IMG/VR virus record: IMGVR_UViG_3300009180_000026
Strand: one strand, 5' to 3'
DNA: 64,000 nt
From: a virus
Lineage: Duplodnaviria > Heunggongvirae > Uroviricota > Caudoviricetes
Position 1 is the stretch's first letter; the number at the start of each line of letters is the position of its first letter. The notes beneath the pieces were generated by a model. It did not search any database. It was not told the origin of the DNA and saw nothing but the letters and a program-made list of their open reading frames with translations. The translations under genes and the position numbers were made by a program. This document shows, piece after piece, positions 56,275 through 64,000 of the stretch.

Positions 56275-56475
56275 ATGAACGTAAATGCTAAACTATTCAA
56301 CACCCTACCAAGTAAGAAAGACACCTTCTGGCAAATGGTGTTATTACCAACAGTATCTGTTTTAAACAGCGTTGATCCTTATGATGAGTATGTAGCCATT
56401 AATTTTGAATTTTTATTTTGGTCTTTAACAATTTTAATTAGTAATGATGACAAAAGAAGACTTTCTTCGTTTTAA
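56275..56475 (+). CDS. small protein (66 aa)
   Basis: ORF. Confidence 0.25.
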   Translation: MNVNAKLFNTLPSKKDTFWQMVLLPTVSVLNSVDPYDEYVAINFEFLFWSLTILISNDDKRRLSSF

Positions 56476-56692
56476 ATCTAATAGAGATTTCAATCTTGTA
56501 TACCAGTTTTACACAGAAAAGTTTGATCATAACAAGCACAAATCATTCCTATCTATTATGGAGCTATTACAATTTCTTCCACAATGGGGAGATTTGAATA
56601 GTATATTTGAACAGGTGTGTAGATATTATCAAAACAAGTTTGAAATAGTGGAAGTACAAGATGATAAAGGAAATACAATTAAATGCTTATGA
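56444..56692 (+). CDS. small protein (82 aa)
   Basis: ORF. Confidence 0.3.
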   Translation: MMTKEDFLRFKSNRDFNLVYQFYTEKFDHNKHKSFLSIMELLQFLPQWGDLNSIFEQVCRYYQNKFEIVEVQDDKGNTIKCL

Positions 56693-57768
56693 CAAAACAA
56701 AATCAGTTACAAAAAGAGTTTGTAGAGAAAGGAGTAGAGTTCTTCAAATTACATGATAGAGGATATTACAACCTTGCAATGAGATTTGGTAAATGTAAGA
56801 CAACAATCGATCTTATGTTTAGAATGTTTGCTTACAATCCTACCATCTTAATAGCCTATCCAGATAATAAGTTGAGAGAAACATGGGAAGCAGAACGTGA
56901 ATTGTGGGGATATCAAAATCCCAACATCACATATGTAAACTTCAGCTCACTGAAGAAGTATACACAATATGAGTTTGACATGTTTGTTATAGATGAGTTT
57001 CACAGTTGTTCAGAGAATGAACGTGATTATGCTCATACAATAATGGACAATTGTACATACACACTTGGTCTATCAGGAACTATCAGTCTTGAAACAGATG
57101 GATATTGGGATATGGAACAAATAGCATCTTACACCACTGAACAGGGTATTGAAGATGGTATTCTTGCAGACTATCAAATATCTGTACACTTAATAGATCT
57201 TGATACTATTGTAAAGGTGGCTGATAAGAAAGGTAAGCTTAAAACAGAGAAGCAAAAGTATGATGGCTATAGTTGGGTGATTGAAAATCTAAAGAGACAG
57301 AACAGCCCCTATATGCATCTTGCTTTAGCTAGGAACAGATTGTCACAATCTTCTATTGGTAAAACAAATCATCTCAAGAAGCTTCTTAAACAATTAGAAG
57401 ACAAAAGAGTGATTGTATTTACAGGACTGGCAAAAGTTGCTGATGAAATTGGTATTCCTTCCTATCACAGTAAATCAAAGAATGGTGATTCCTCATATAA
57501 AGACTTTCAAGATGGTGTGCACAATCACCTCGCACTTGCTGCTATGGGCAAGATGGGTGTAACATACAATTCTCTTGATTCCGTTATTCTGCTTAACTTT
57601 ACATATAATGCAGAAGAAAGCTCACAAATCTTAAATAGAGCAATTAAATTAGATTATAACGGAAAGGTTGCAGATTTACATATCCTCTGCTTAAATGAAA
57701 AACCTGAGCTCAAAAAAATTAAGGAAAGCCTATCAATGTTGGACGAATCAAAAATCACTTATTTATGA
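56683..57768 (+). CDS. superfamily-2 DEAD/DEAH-box helicase (361 aa)
   Basis: Motif I-like FGKCKTT, motif II FVIDEFHS (DEFH), motif III LSGT. Confidence 0.55.
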   Translation: MLMTKQNQLQKEFVEKGVEFFKLHDRGYYNLAMRFGKCKTTIDLMFRMFAYNPTILIAYPDNKLRETWEAERELWGYQNPNITYVNFSSLKKYTQYEFDMFVIDEFHSCSENERDYAHTIMDNCTYTLGLSGTISLETDGYWDMEQIASYTTEQGIEDGILADYQISVHLIDLDTIVKVADKKGKLKTEKQKYDGYSWVIENLKRQNSPYMHLALARNRLSQSSIGKTNHLKKLLKQLEDKRVIVFTGLAKVADEIGIPSYHSKSKNGDSSYKDFQDGVHNHLALAAMGKMGVTYNSLDSVILLNFTYNAEESSQILNRAIKLDYNGKVADLHILCLNEKPELKKIKESLSMLDESKITYL

Positions 57769-57971
57769 AACTAGAAATCATTAGAGAAACAAAAATTGGA
57801 GAAGAACCATGGTACATTTTATATGTTGATGATCGACATATAATGGGAAGTTACACACTATCAAAGGTGGAAAATCTGTTTGAATTATATAAAAATAATC
57901 CAGAAAATCCACTAGAAGAGACAAAAGTTGTTTTGAGAAGTGAGGAAATTAACGTACTTTTGGACAAATAA
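57765..57971 (+). CDS. small protein (68 aa)
   Basis: ORF. Confidence 0.3.
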   Translation: MKLEIIRETKIGEEPWYILYVDDRHIMGSYTLSKVENLFELYKNNPENPLEETKVVLRSEEINVLLDK

Positions 57972-57982
57972 AAAAATAAAAT

Positions 57983-58654
57983 ATGGCAAGTAAATTAATT
58001 GGGATTGTTGGCTTTACTGGTACAGGAAAAAGCACTTCAATCAAAAACCTCGATCCAAAAGAAACCTACATTATCAACACTGCTAAGAAGGAACTTCCTT
58101 TCAAAGGTGCTGAGAAATTGTATAACAGAGAAAACAGAAACTATGATGAAATTGATGACATAGTTAAAATCACTCAAAGGCTTACAAAGTTATCAAATGA
58201 AGCTCCACACATTAAGAATGTTGTTATTGAAGACAGCAATTACATGATGAGTTTTAGAATGGCTGAAAAAGCTACAGAGGTTGGATTTACAAAGTTCACT
58301 ATTCTTGCAAAGGATATGGTGGATTTATTTAGAGAAGCTCGTAAACTTCGTGATGATTTAAAGATATTCTACTTTACACATCCTGAAACTATAGAAGATT
58401 CAGGTGAAATTATAGGATATAAAATGAAGACATCAGGTAAGATGCTTGACAATCAAATCAATTTAGAAGGGCTATTTACAATATGTTTATATACACATGT
58501 TGAAGAAGCAAAGGATGGTGTTGTTAGTTATAACTTTGTAACTAACAGGTTTAAGAAATATCCTGCTAAGAGTCCAGATGGAATGTTTAAGGATGTAAAA
58601 ATCCCAAACAATCTACAAATCGTTGTGGATACTATTAATGAGTATTATAATTAA
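57983..58654 (+). CDS. P-loop NTPase (223 aa), AAA_24/Sak4-like or kinase-like
   Basis: Walker A GIVGFTGTGKST. Walker B-like NVVIEDSN. Confidence 0.45.
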   Translation: MASKLIGIVGFTGTGKSTSIKNLDPKETYIINTAKKELPFKGAEKLYNRENRNYDEIDDIVKITQRLTKLSNEAPHIKNVVIEDSNYMMSFRMAEKATEVGFTKFTILAKDMVDLFREARKLRDDLKIFYFTHPETIEDSGEIIGYKMKTSGKMLDNQINLEGLFTICLYTHVEEAKDGVVSYNFVTNRFKKYPAKSPDGMFKDVKIPNNLQIVVDTINEYYN

Positions 58655-58677
58655 TTAACAATTTAAAACTAGAAATC

Positions 58678-59544
58678 ATGAACATTGGTGGAAAAAAGAA
58701 AGAACAGTCACAAGGAACAGAGTTTAAAAAATCTGTAGGATTATTTGAAGCAAAAGTTGTTGCAATCAATCCTGATATCGAGGAATATAAAGAAGTCCTT
58801 GGTATAGAAGTTAAAGAAGATTCTAAATCAATTGAGTATTTAGGAAAAACTGAAAATGGTGATACCAAACTTCGTATAGATGTATGGTTGGAAAACATTA
58901 AGAATTCAGAAAAGTATAAAGTCTCTTTCTTCCTTGAGAATAAGGAAAGAGAGAACAAAGATCAGACAAAGAAACAATATATCAATTCTATTGGTTCTTG
59001 TTCTTGGGCTGATGATGTTAACAATCTTCCAACATGGTTTGCTGCAAGAGAAACAAGAGTTGCTTATGTAGGAGAAGAAGATCTTTACAACTTCTTACGC
59101 ACATGGTTGGGAGCTCTTGACTATCGTGATGCAGAAACTGTATTACAGTTAGATTGGAAGAAATTGATGAAAGGAAATGTTAAAGACCTTAAAGATCAAA
59201 TAGATGGTGAATGGTGCACAAACATTGTTGCTCTTGCCACAATTAAGACGGTTATTAAGGAAGATGAAACAAAAGAATATCAAGGTGTTTACAACAAAGC
59301 ATTCCTTCCTGCTTATGCAATTAAGCAATTTAGATTGTTAGATTTTAACAACCCTAAAATCATTGAAGGCTTACGTACAAAGAAATCTAAAGACTTAAAA
59401 CCTCATGAGAGATTTGTATTAGAAGTTACTGGTGAATATGGTTGTAAAGACTTTTACATGTTTAAAGACATTAAAGAATATAATCCTGAAGACAATGTTG
59501 TTGCTTCAGACAAGGTTATTTCTGAAGATGGTGCTGATTATTAA
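58678..59544 (+). CDS. possible ssDNA-binding protein (288 aa) with an acidic C-terminus ending ...EDGADY
   Basis: Acidic C-terminal tail ending in an aromatic residue, as in T7 gp2.5 (..ADF). Follows the P-loop ATPase. Confidence 0.3.
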   Translation: MNIGGKKKEQSQGTEFKKSVGLFEAKVVAINPDIEEYKEVLGIEVKEDSKSIEYLGKTENGDTKLRIDVWLENIKNSEKYKVSFFLENKERENKDQTKKQYINSIGSCSWADDVNNLPTWFAARETRVAYVGEEDLYNFLRTWLGALDYRDAETVLQLDWKKLMKGNVKDLKDQIDGEWCTNIVALATIKTVIKEDETKEYQGVYNKAFLPAYAIKQFRLLDFNNPKIIEGLRTKKSKDLKPHERFVLEVTGEYGCKDFYMFKDIKEYNPEDNVVASDKVISEDGADY

Positions 59545-59563
59545 TATTTAATAATTAAAATAG

Positions 59564-59595
59564 CCCCCTTCAGAAATGGAGGGGGTTTTATATTT
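59564..59595 (+). terminator. rho-independent terminator
   Basis: CCCCCTTC-agaaat-GGAGGGGG followed by TTTTATATTT. Confidence 0.6.
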
Positions 59596-59600
59596 ACACA

Positions 59601-60599
59601 ATGATAACAGGTAAAAAGAAAACAAGCTTAACACCAGAAACAATTCTTCAAAGAATAACAGAATATGACATATTTAGATGGTATATGCCTGATAAGAGTT
59701 GGAAGTTGAACGCTGTTACATTTTCTCCATTTAGGAATGAGAACAATCCTTCCTTTCTAATAGGAAATAGATATGGGAAATTGTCATTTGTAGATTTTGC
59801 AGATGGTACAAAGAAAGGTGACTGTTTTACGTTTGTAAAGCTGTTATACAATCTTGCATCTATTGATGATGTACTAAAGTTAATAGATCGTGACTTTGGA
59901 CTTGGTATATCAGGAAAACCTACAGGAGAGTATAAAAAGATAACAGCAGAATATCAACAGCCTGAAGAGCTTGGAAAGAGATATTCTCACATCCAGGTGG
60001 TAACAAGACCATTTACACAAGAAGAACTTGCTTATTGGAATCTCTATCATCAAGACATTCAAGATCTTAGAGATAACAACATCTATTCTATCAAGAAGCT
60101 TTATTTCAATAAACAGCTATTCTTTCTAAAGGATACAGAGTTGAGATTTGGTTATTTCTATGATGGTCATTGGAAGATATACAGACCATTTGCAGATAGA
60201 AAGAATAAATGGGTTCCAAATAATGTTCCTATTACAGCTATGGATGGACTTAATGATGTAAAAAACTGTTCTGTTGCATTTATTAACAAAAGCAAAAAGG
60301 ATTATATGGTGATGAAGAAAATATATCCTTGCTGTTGTGCAGTGCAAAATGAAGGAATTGGTGCATTTTCTCCAGAGAATGTAGAATATCTTAAAGCTAA
60401 TTCTGACAGACAAATCCTATCATTTGATTCTGATGTAGCAGGTGTTTCAAACTCTCAACAGATTACAAAACTGTTTGATTTTGACTATCTGAATGTTCCA
60501 AAGAAATACCTATCAGAAGGAATAAAAGATTGGGCAGACCTTGCTAAAGATTATGGCCTAAAAGTTATTGAAGATTATTTAAAAGAAAAAGGATTATGA
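59601..60599 (+). CDS. DNA primase, TOPRIM domain (DnaG / T4 gp61-like)
   Basis: TOPRIM E...DxD: QNEGIGA ... ILSFDSDVAG. N-terminal DnaG-ZBD-like segment SPFRNENNPSF...GDCFTFVKLLYN, but without the Cys ligands. Confidence 0.55.
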   Translation: MITGKKKTSLTPETILQRITEYDIFRWYMPDKSWKLNAVTFSPFRNENNPSFLIGNRYGKLSFVDFADGTKKGDCFTFVKLLYNLASIDDVLKLIDRDFGLGISGKPTGEYKKITAEYQQPEELGKRYSHIQVVTRPFTQEELAYWNLYHQDIQDLRDNNIYSIKKLYFNKQLFFLKDTELRFGYFYDGHWKIYRPFADRKNKWVPNNVPITAMDGLNDVKNCSVAFINKSKKDYMVMKKIYPCCCAVQNEGIGAFSPENVEYLKANSDRQILSFDSDVAGVSNSQQITKLFDFDYLNVPKKYLSEGIKDWADLAKDYGLKVIEDYLKEKGL

Positions 60600-60751
60600 C
60601 AATAGAAAACCTTATATCAGCAATTCAATTAGAAGCTGAATATTTAGAATCAACAGAAGGTGATGAGTATGGATGCATCACATTAGAGAACTTAGAAGGA
60701 ATTTTAACCAGATATTTTAACCAAACAATCAAATTAGAAAATGGAAACTAG
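60596..60751 (+). CDS. small acidic protein (51 aa)
   Basis: Manual translation MTIENLISAIQLEAEYLESTEGDEYGCITLENLEG... ATGA overlap with the primase stop. Confidence 0.25.
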   Translation: MTIENLISAIQLEAEYLESTEGDEYGCITLENLEGILTRYFNQTIKLENGN

Positions 60752-61535
60752 TACAAGCTACGTATCAGCAAAAGACATTTTAATCAATGCTGATATTCCA
60801 CAACAAACAAAGACATATAAGCCTGTTTCTCACAAACAGCTTATTGATCTTACATTAAATGGTATTCACAATGCAGGATTCAAATTAGATAGTGAATCAT
60901 ATTCTGCAGCTAGAAATGGCAATATAGCCAATGGTAGATTTTCTATTGCTAATGTAGCAGATTCAGAGATGCAATTACAAATAGGATGGCAGAATAGCTA
61001 TGACAAGAGCTTAACATTAAAGTTTGCTATTGGTACACGTATATTCATTTGTCAGAATGGTTGTGTGTCTGGTGATATGGGTGCATTCAAGAAAAAGCAT
61101 GTAGGAGAGATACAAGATTTCACTCCAGGAGCTATATCTGAATACATAAGATCTGCAGGAGAAGCATTTAGAAGAATGCAAACTGAAAGAGAAGCAATGA
61201 AACAAGTGGAAATCACTAGCAGAGCTAAAGCTGAGCTTATTGGTAGATTGTTCCTTGAGGAGCAAATCATTACATCTACACAGTTGAACATCATTAGTAG
61301 AGAACTTAAAGCTCCTACACATGATTATGGTGCTCCAGGTTCTATGTGGGAGTTGTACAACTATGCAACATTTGCTATGAAGGATTCTCATCCAGCATTA
61401 TGGATGGATAGTCATATGAATGCTCACAAGTTCTTTGTAAATGAAAGTGGAATTCTTACACAACCAATGCCTCAGATAGAAATAATGGAAGGTGGATTGG
61501 TGCAATTAGATTTATTTGAAAACATAAATGCATAA
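60741..61535 (+). CDS. DUF932-like phage/plasmid protein candidate (264 aa)
   Basis: GWQNSYDKSLTLKFAIGTRIFICQNG resembles the NSxDGS...C-NG core recalled for the DUF932/TIGR03299 family. Assigned from memory. Confidence 0.3.
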   Translation: METSTSYVSAKDILINADIPQQTKTYKPVSHKQLIDLTLNGIHNAGFKLDSESYSAARNGNIANGRFSIANVADSEMQLQIGWQNSYDKSLTLKFAIGTRIFICQNGCVSGDMGAFKKKHVGEIQDFTPGAISEYIRSAGEAFRRMQTEREAMKQVEITSRAKAELIGRLFLEEQIITSTQLNIISRELKAPTHDYGAPGSMWELYNYATFAMKDSHPALWMDSHMNAHKFFVNESGILTQPMPQIEIMEGGLVQLDLFENINA

Positions 61536-62250
61536 TATGAAATGGGAACTGTTTAAAGAATCTTTCCATGAAAGCTGGCATAACAAAATGCAACCTTTTA
61601 TAGAAAGTGAGGAGTGTGATTTTATTTATAAGCATTTGAAAGAAAGAAGTAGAAAGGGGCATAAAATTGCCCCTCTCTCTTCTAATGTATACAGATGCTT
61701 TAAAGAAACTCCTTTAGATGATCTTAAAGTTGTGATGATGGGCATGTGTCCCTATCATACAGAGAGGAATGGTGTATTTGTAGCAGATGGTCTTTTAATG
61801 GGCTGTTCTATTACAGGTAAAATGCAACCATCTTTGGAACAATTTTATGGCGGTGTTGAAAGAGAATTATATAATGGATTAGATCTTGATCACATGAAGA
61901 CACCAGATGTTAAATATTTAGCAAAACAAGGTGTATTAATGATGAATGCTGCTCTCACTACAGAGATTAATAAAGCAGGATCACATATTGATATTTGGGA
62001 ACCGTTCATTAAACATTTCTTTGATTGTATAGAAACAGAAGGTGCTCCTGTAATATTTCTTGGGAAAGATGCTTCCAAGTATGAGAAATATGTAGGGCCT
62101 TTCAAATGGTCATTCACAACATCACATCCAGCTTCTGCAGCATATAAGCAAACAGAATGGGATACAGAAGGAGTGTTTACTAAGGTGAACAAGATATTAA
62201 AAGACAACAATAATTTTACAATCGAATGGCTAGAAAAATTGCCATTCTAA
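61528..62250 (+). CDS. uracil-DNA glycosylase family-1 fold protein with substituted catalytic motifs
   Basis: Collinear with Ung: KVVMMGMCPYH (cf. KVVILGQDPYH), LAKQGVLMMNAAL (cf. WAKQGVLLLNAVL), TSHPASAAY (cf. HPSPLS), FLGKDASKYEK (cf. FLLWGSYAQKKG). Confidence 0.7.
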   Translation: MHNMKWELFKESFHESWHNKMQPFIESEECDFIYKHLKERSRKGHKIAPLSSNVYRCFKETPLDDLKVVMMGMCPYHTERNGVFVADGLLMGCSITGKMQPSLEQFYGGVERELYNGLDLDHMKTPDVKYLAKQGVLMMNAALTTEINKAGSHIDIWEPFIKHFFDCIETEGAPVIFLGKDASKYEKYVGPFKWSFTTSHPASAAYKQTEWDTEGVFTKVNKILKDNNNFTIEWLEKLPF

Positions 62251-62260
62251 ATTAAAAAAC

Positions 62261-62650
62261 ATGAGAGAATTAAAATATGGAGGACAAATAGTCCCAGGAG
62301 ATTTCATTGCTGTTAGTGATGGTAATCATTTAAGTTTTGGATGGTATGCAGGAAATGGTCGTGGTACATTACAATACTATCCAATGAGAGGACCAAGCAG
62401 TGTTTATAACGATTATAAAACTTGGTTGAGATATAGTGATGGAGAGAAAGGAAGAAACAAGTGGATGAGTAAGCGTTATGAAAAAGGATTTACAATGAAG
62501 TGTTTATGGAAATCTTTTATAAACTCTGTACACAGCACAAGAGTGATGAAGATAACAAACATAGAAGACATATTTACAGATCAAGAAGATAGAATAATGT
62601 ACGAAGATTCAAAGCAAGCATTAATTACATTAAAATTCATAAAACAATAA
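62261..62650 (+). CDS. hypothetical protein (129 aa)
   Basis: ORF. Confidence 0.4.
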   Translation: MRELKYGGQIVPGDFIAVSDGNHLSFGWYAGNGRGTLQYYPMRGPSSVYNDYKTWLRYSDGEKGRNKWMSKRYEKGFTMKCLWKSFINSVHSTRVMKITNIEDIFTDQEDRIMYEDSKQALITLKFIKQ

Positions 62651-62653
62651 ATC

Positions 62654-64000
62654 ATGATTTTAGAAAAACAAACAGAAGCAAACATCCTACAGGATGGACA
62701 ATCACAAGACTCAATTGGTATGTCATTAGACTTAGATTCTGCACAAGTCCTTATGCAGATGTTAAGTAAGAATCTCTATTCAGATTCAATCGGTTCAACT
62801 ATCAGAGAATGTGCATCTAATGCACTAGATAGTCACAGAAGAGCTGGACAAACAAAACCAATAGTTGTTAGTTTTAAAGCAGGAAGTTCTAATAATTTAG
62901 AATTTGCTGTAGAAGATTTTGGTATAGGCTTAGATGCTGATGATGTAAGAAACATCATTAGTAAGTATGGTAAGAGCACAAAGCGTAATAGTAATACAGA
63001 ATTAGGAATGATGGGTCTTGGTTTCAAGGCTCCTCTTGCTTATAGTTCTAGTTTCTATTTTGTATGTAGAAAAGATGGAATAGAACGTAAGTATATGATG
63101 TATGAAGGAGAAGACACAAACACAATTGACTTGTTGTATGAAAAACCTACAACAGAAGATAATGGTGTTAAAGTGATTGTTCCTGTAAACTATTACGATA
63201 GACATGATTTCAAAACAAAGATTAGAGAGCAATTGGCTTATTTTGAGAATGTATATTTTGATTGTGGTGATCTTGTAGATAACAACTTCTCTATATTCAG
63301 GAATGAATTGTTTCAATTCTCTGAATTAGCTAGTGAATCTTATTTACATTTATGTTTGGATAATGTCTACTATCCTATTGATTTCCAGAAGCTTGGGATA
63401 GATAATATTTCATTTCCTATAGCTCTTAGATTTAGCCTTACAGATGGTCTTTTCCCAACTCCTAATAGAGAATCTATCAGGTATACTAAAGAAGGTAAAG
63501 AAATAATTCTTAAGAGGCTCTCTGAACTTGCTGATTTCTTTGTAAACAAATACAATGAGCAAGTGAAGGACACAGATGACATACATGCTATAATGGATTA
63601 TTATTCTAATACAAATAGAAATGTAACTATTCTAAAATCTAAATATGATGCAGGGCTTTTAGGAAAGTTTGCCACTATTAAATTTAACGAACCAAAGCTT
63701 AAGGGCATTAGTGTTCTTAATATGAGAAGGATTCATAAAGTTAGAGAATACATTCTTGGTGAATTTGATGTTAAGTTTAGAATAGAGCGTGGTAAATGGA
63801 GAGAGTGTAAAAACTATTGGGATGTTGATATACAAAGATATGGTCAATACAACAAAGTTAAAGACATTTACATCTATGATGAAAGAATCTCTGGAAACAA
63901 GAAGGATTATCTAAAGAGCATTGCTTCTCAAGCATGGAATGAGCAAACCTTAATCATTAGAAGAGGTAAACCTTTTACACTTGGTTCTGTAAGAGGTTCA
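62654..64000 (+). CDS. rIIA: rIIA-like protein, 3'-partial, with an N-terminal GHKL (Bergerat) ATPase domain
   Basis: Manual translation. Bergerat motifs ExxxNxxD (RECASNALD), DxGxG (EDFGIGLD), GxxGxG (GMMGLGF). Collinear with T4 rIIA (LYSD..IRECASNALDSH; GLGFKAPLAYSSSF; GVKVIVPV; PNRESIRYT). Not in the ORF track because it runs off the window. Confidence 0.75.
   Translation, partial: MILEKQTEANILQDGQSQDSIGMSLDLDSAQVLMQMLSKNLYSDSIGSTIRECASNALDSHRRAGQTKPIVVSFKAGSSNNLEFAVEDFGIGLDADDVRNIISKYGKSTKRNSNTELGMMGLGFKAPLAYSSSFYFVCRKDGIERKYMMYEGEDTNTIDLLYEKPTTEDNGVKVIVPVNYYDRHDFKTKIREQLAYFENVYFDCGDLVDNNFSIFRNELFQFSELASESYLHLCLDNVYYPIDFQKLGIDNISFPIALRFSLTDGLFPTPNRESIRYTKEGKEIILKRLSELADFFVNKYNEQVKDTDDIHAIMDYYSNTNRNVTILKSKYDAGLLGKFATIKFNEPKLKGISVLNMRRIHKVREYILGEFDVKFRIERGKWRECKNYWDVDIQRYGQYNKVKDIYIYDERISGNKKDYLKSIASQAWNEQTLIIRRGKPFTLGSVRGS

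Noticed and set aside
1-64000. Prophage or integrative-element features (integrase, att repeats, tRNA integration site) and CRISPR arrays
   Set aside because: No tyrosine or serine recombinase motifs, no flanking direct repeats and no repeat-spacer periodicity were seen. Gene content is that of a virulent phage.

Overview
This window is a contiguous piece of a virulent-looking tailed dsDNA phage genome. It is AT-rich, gene-dense, lacks Shine-Dalgarno sequences, and shows no integrase, att site, rRNA or CRISPR array. Two divergent arms meet at a GC-rich, repeat-bearing intergenic region at about 39.35-39.55 kb.

Arm 1 (positions 1-39356, all on the minus strand) is the packaging and virion module. 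Read in the direction of transcription it runs:
- small DNA-binding and Cys-rich proteins, including an HU/IHF-like protein;
- large terminase (Walker A/B plus a nuclease domain), portal, an SPFH/band-7 (HflK/stomatin-like) protein, an acidic scaffold, and the major capsid protein;
- several unassigned structural proteins;
- four tail-fibre or receptor-binding proteins: a tail-collar 'PDLRGR' domain protein and two fibres with conserved N-terminal anchors and swapped C-termini;
- an SbcD/Mre11-like metallophosphoesterase;
- three giant virion proteins (1579, 1367 and 1146 aa) and a 5'-partial gene running off the window start.

Arm 2 (39547-64000, plus strand) is an early/replication arm:
- about 35 small ORFs, including two strongly acidic proteins (DNA-mimic candidates), several small transmembrane peptides, and a MazG-like protein;
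- an 851-aa secreted right-handed beta-helix protein with an IPT/TIG domain and a C-terminal SprB-type repeat, which points to a Flavobacteriia/Bacteroidetes host;
- a compact phi29-like family-B DNA polymerase with an intact proofreading exonuclease;
- a DnaB/gp4-like RecA-fold helicase, an SF2 (DEFH) helicase, an AAA_24/Sak4-like P-loop ATPase, a possible SSB with an acidic tail, a TOPRIM primase, and a DUF932-like protein;
- a family-1 UDG-fold protein whose catalytic motifs are substituted (GQDPYH to GMCPYH, HPSPLS to HPASAA);
- a 5' fragment of a T4 rIIA homologue with a GHKL ATPase domain.

Five rho-independent terminator hairpins were found: four GC-rich hairpins followed by T-runs on the plus arm and one on the minus arm. 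A 412-bp non-coding region upstream of the polymerase carries iteron-like repeats and a tRNA-like stem. The architecture is consistent with a crAss-like or T4-like mosaic podo/myovirus of Bacteroidetes, but that cannot be confirmed without database searches.

The most interesting candidates for a novel function are:
- the SPFH protein sitting in the head-assembly operon where a prohead protease is normally found;
- the active-site-substituted UDG;
- the secreted beta-helix-IPT-SprB protein encoded among early genes;
- the acidic DNA-mimic-like pair;
- the SbcD-like nuclease embedded in the tail module.
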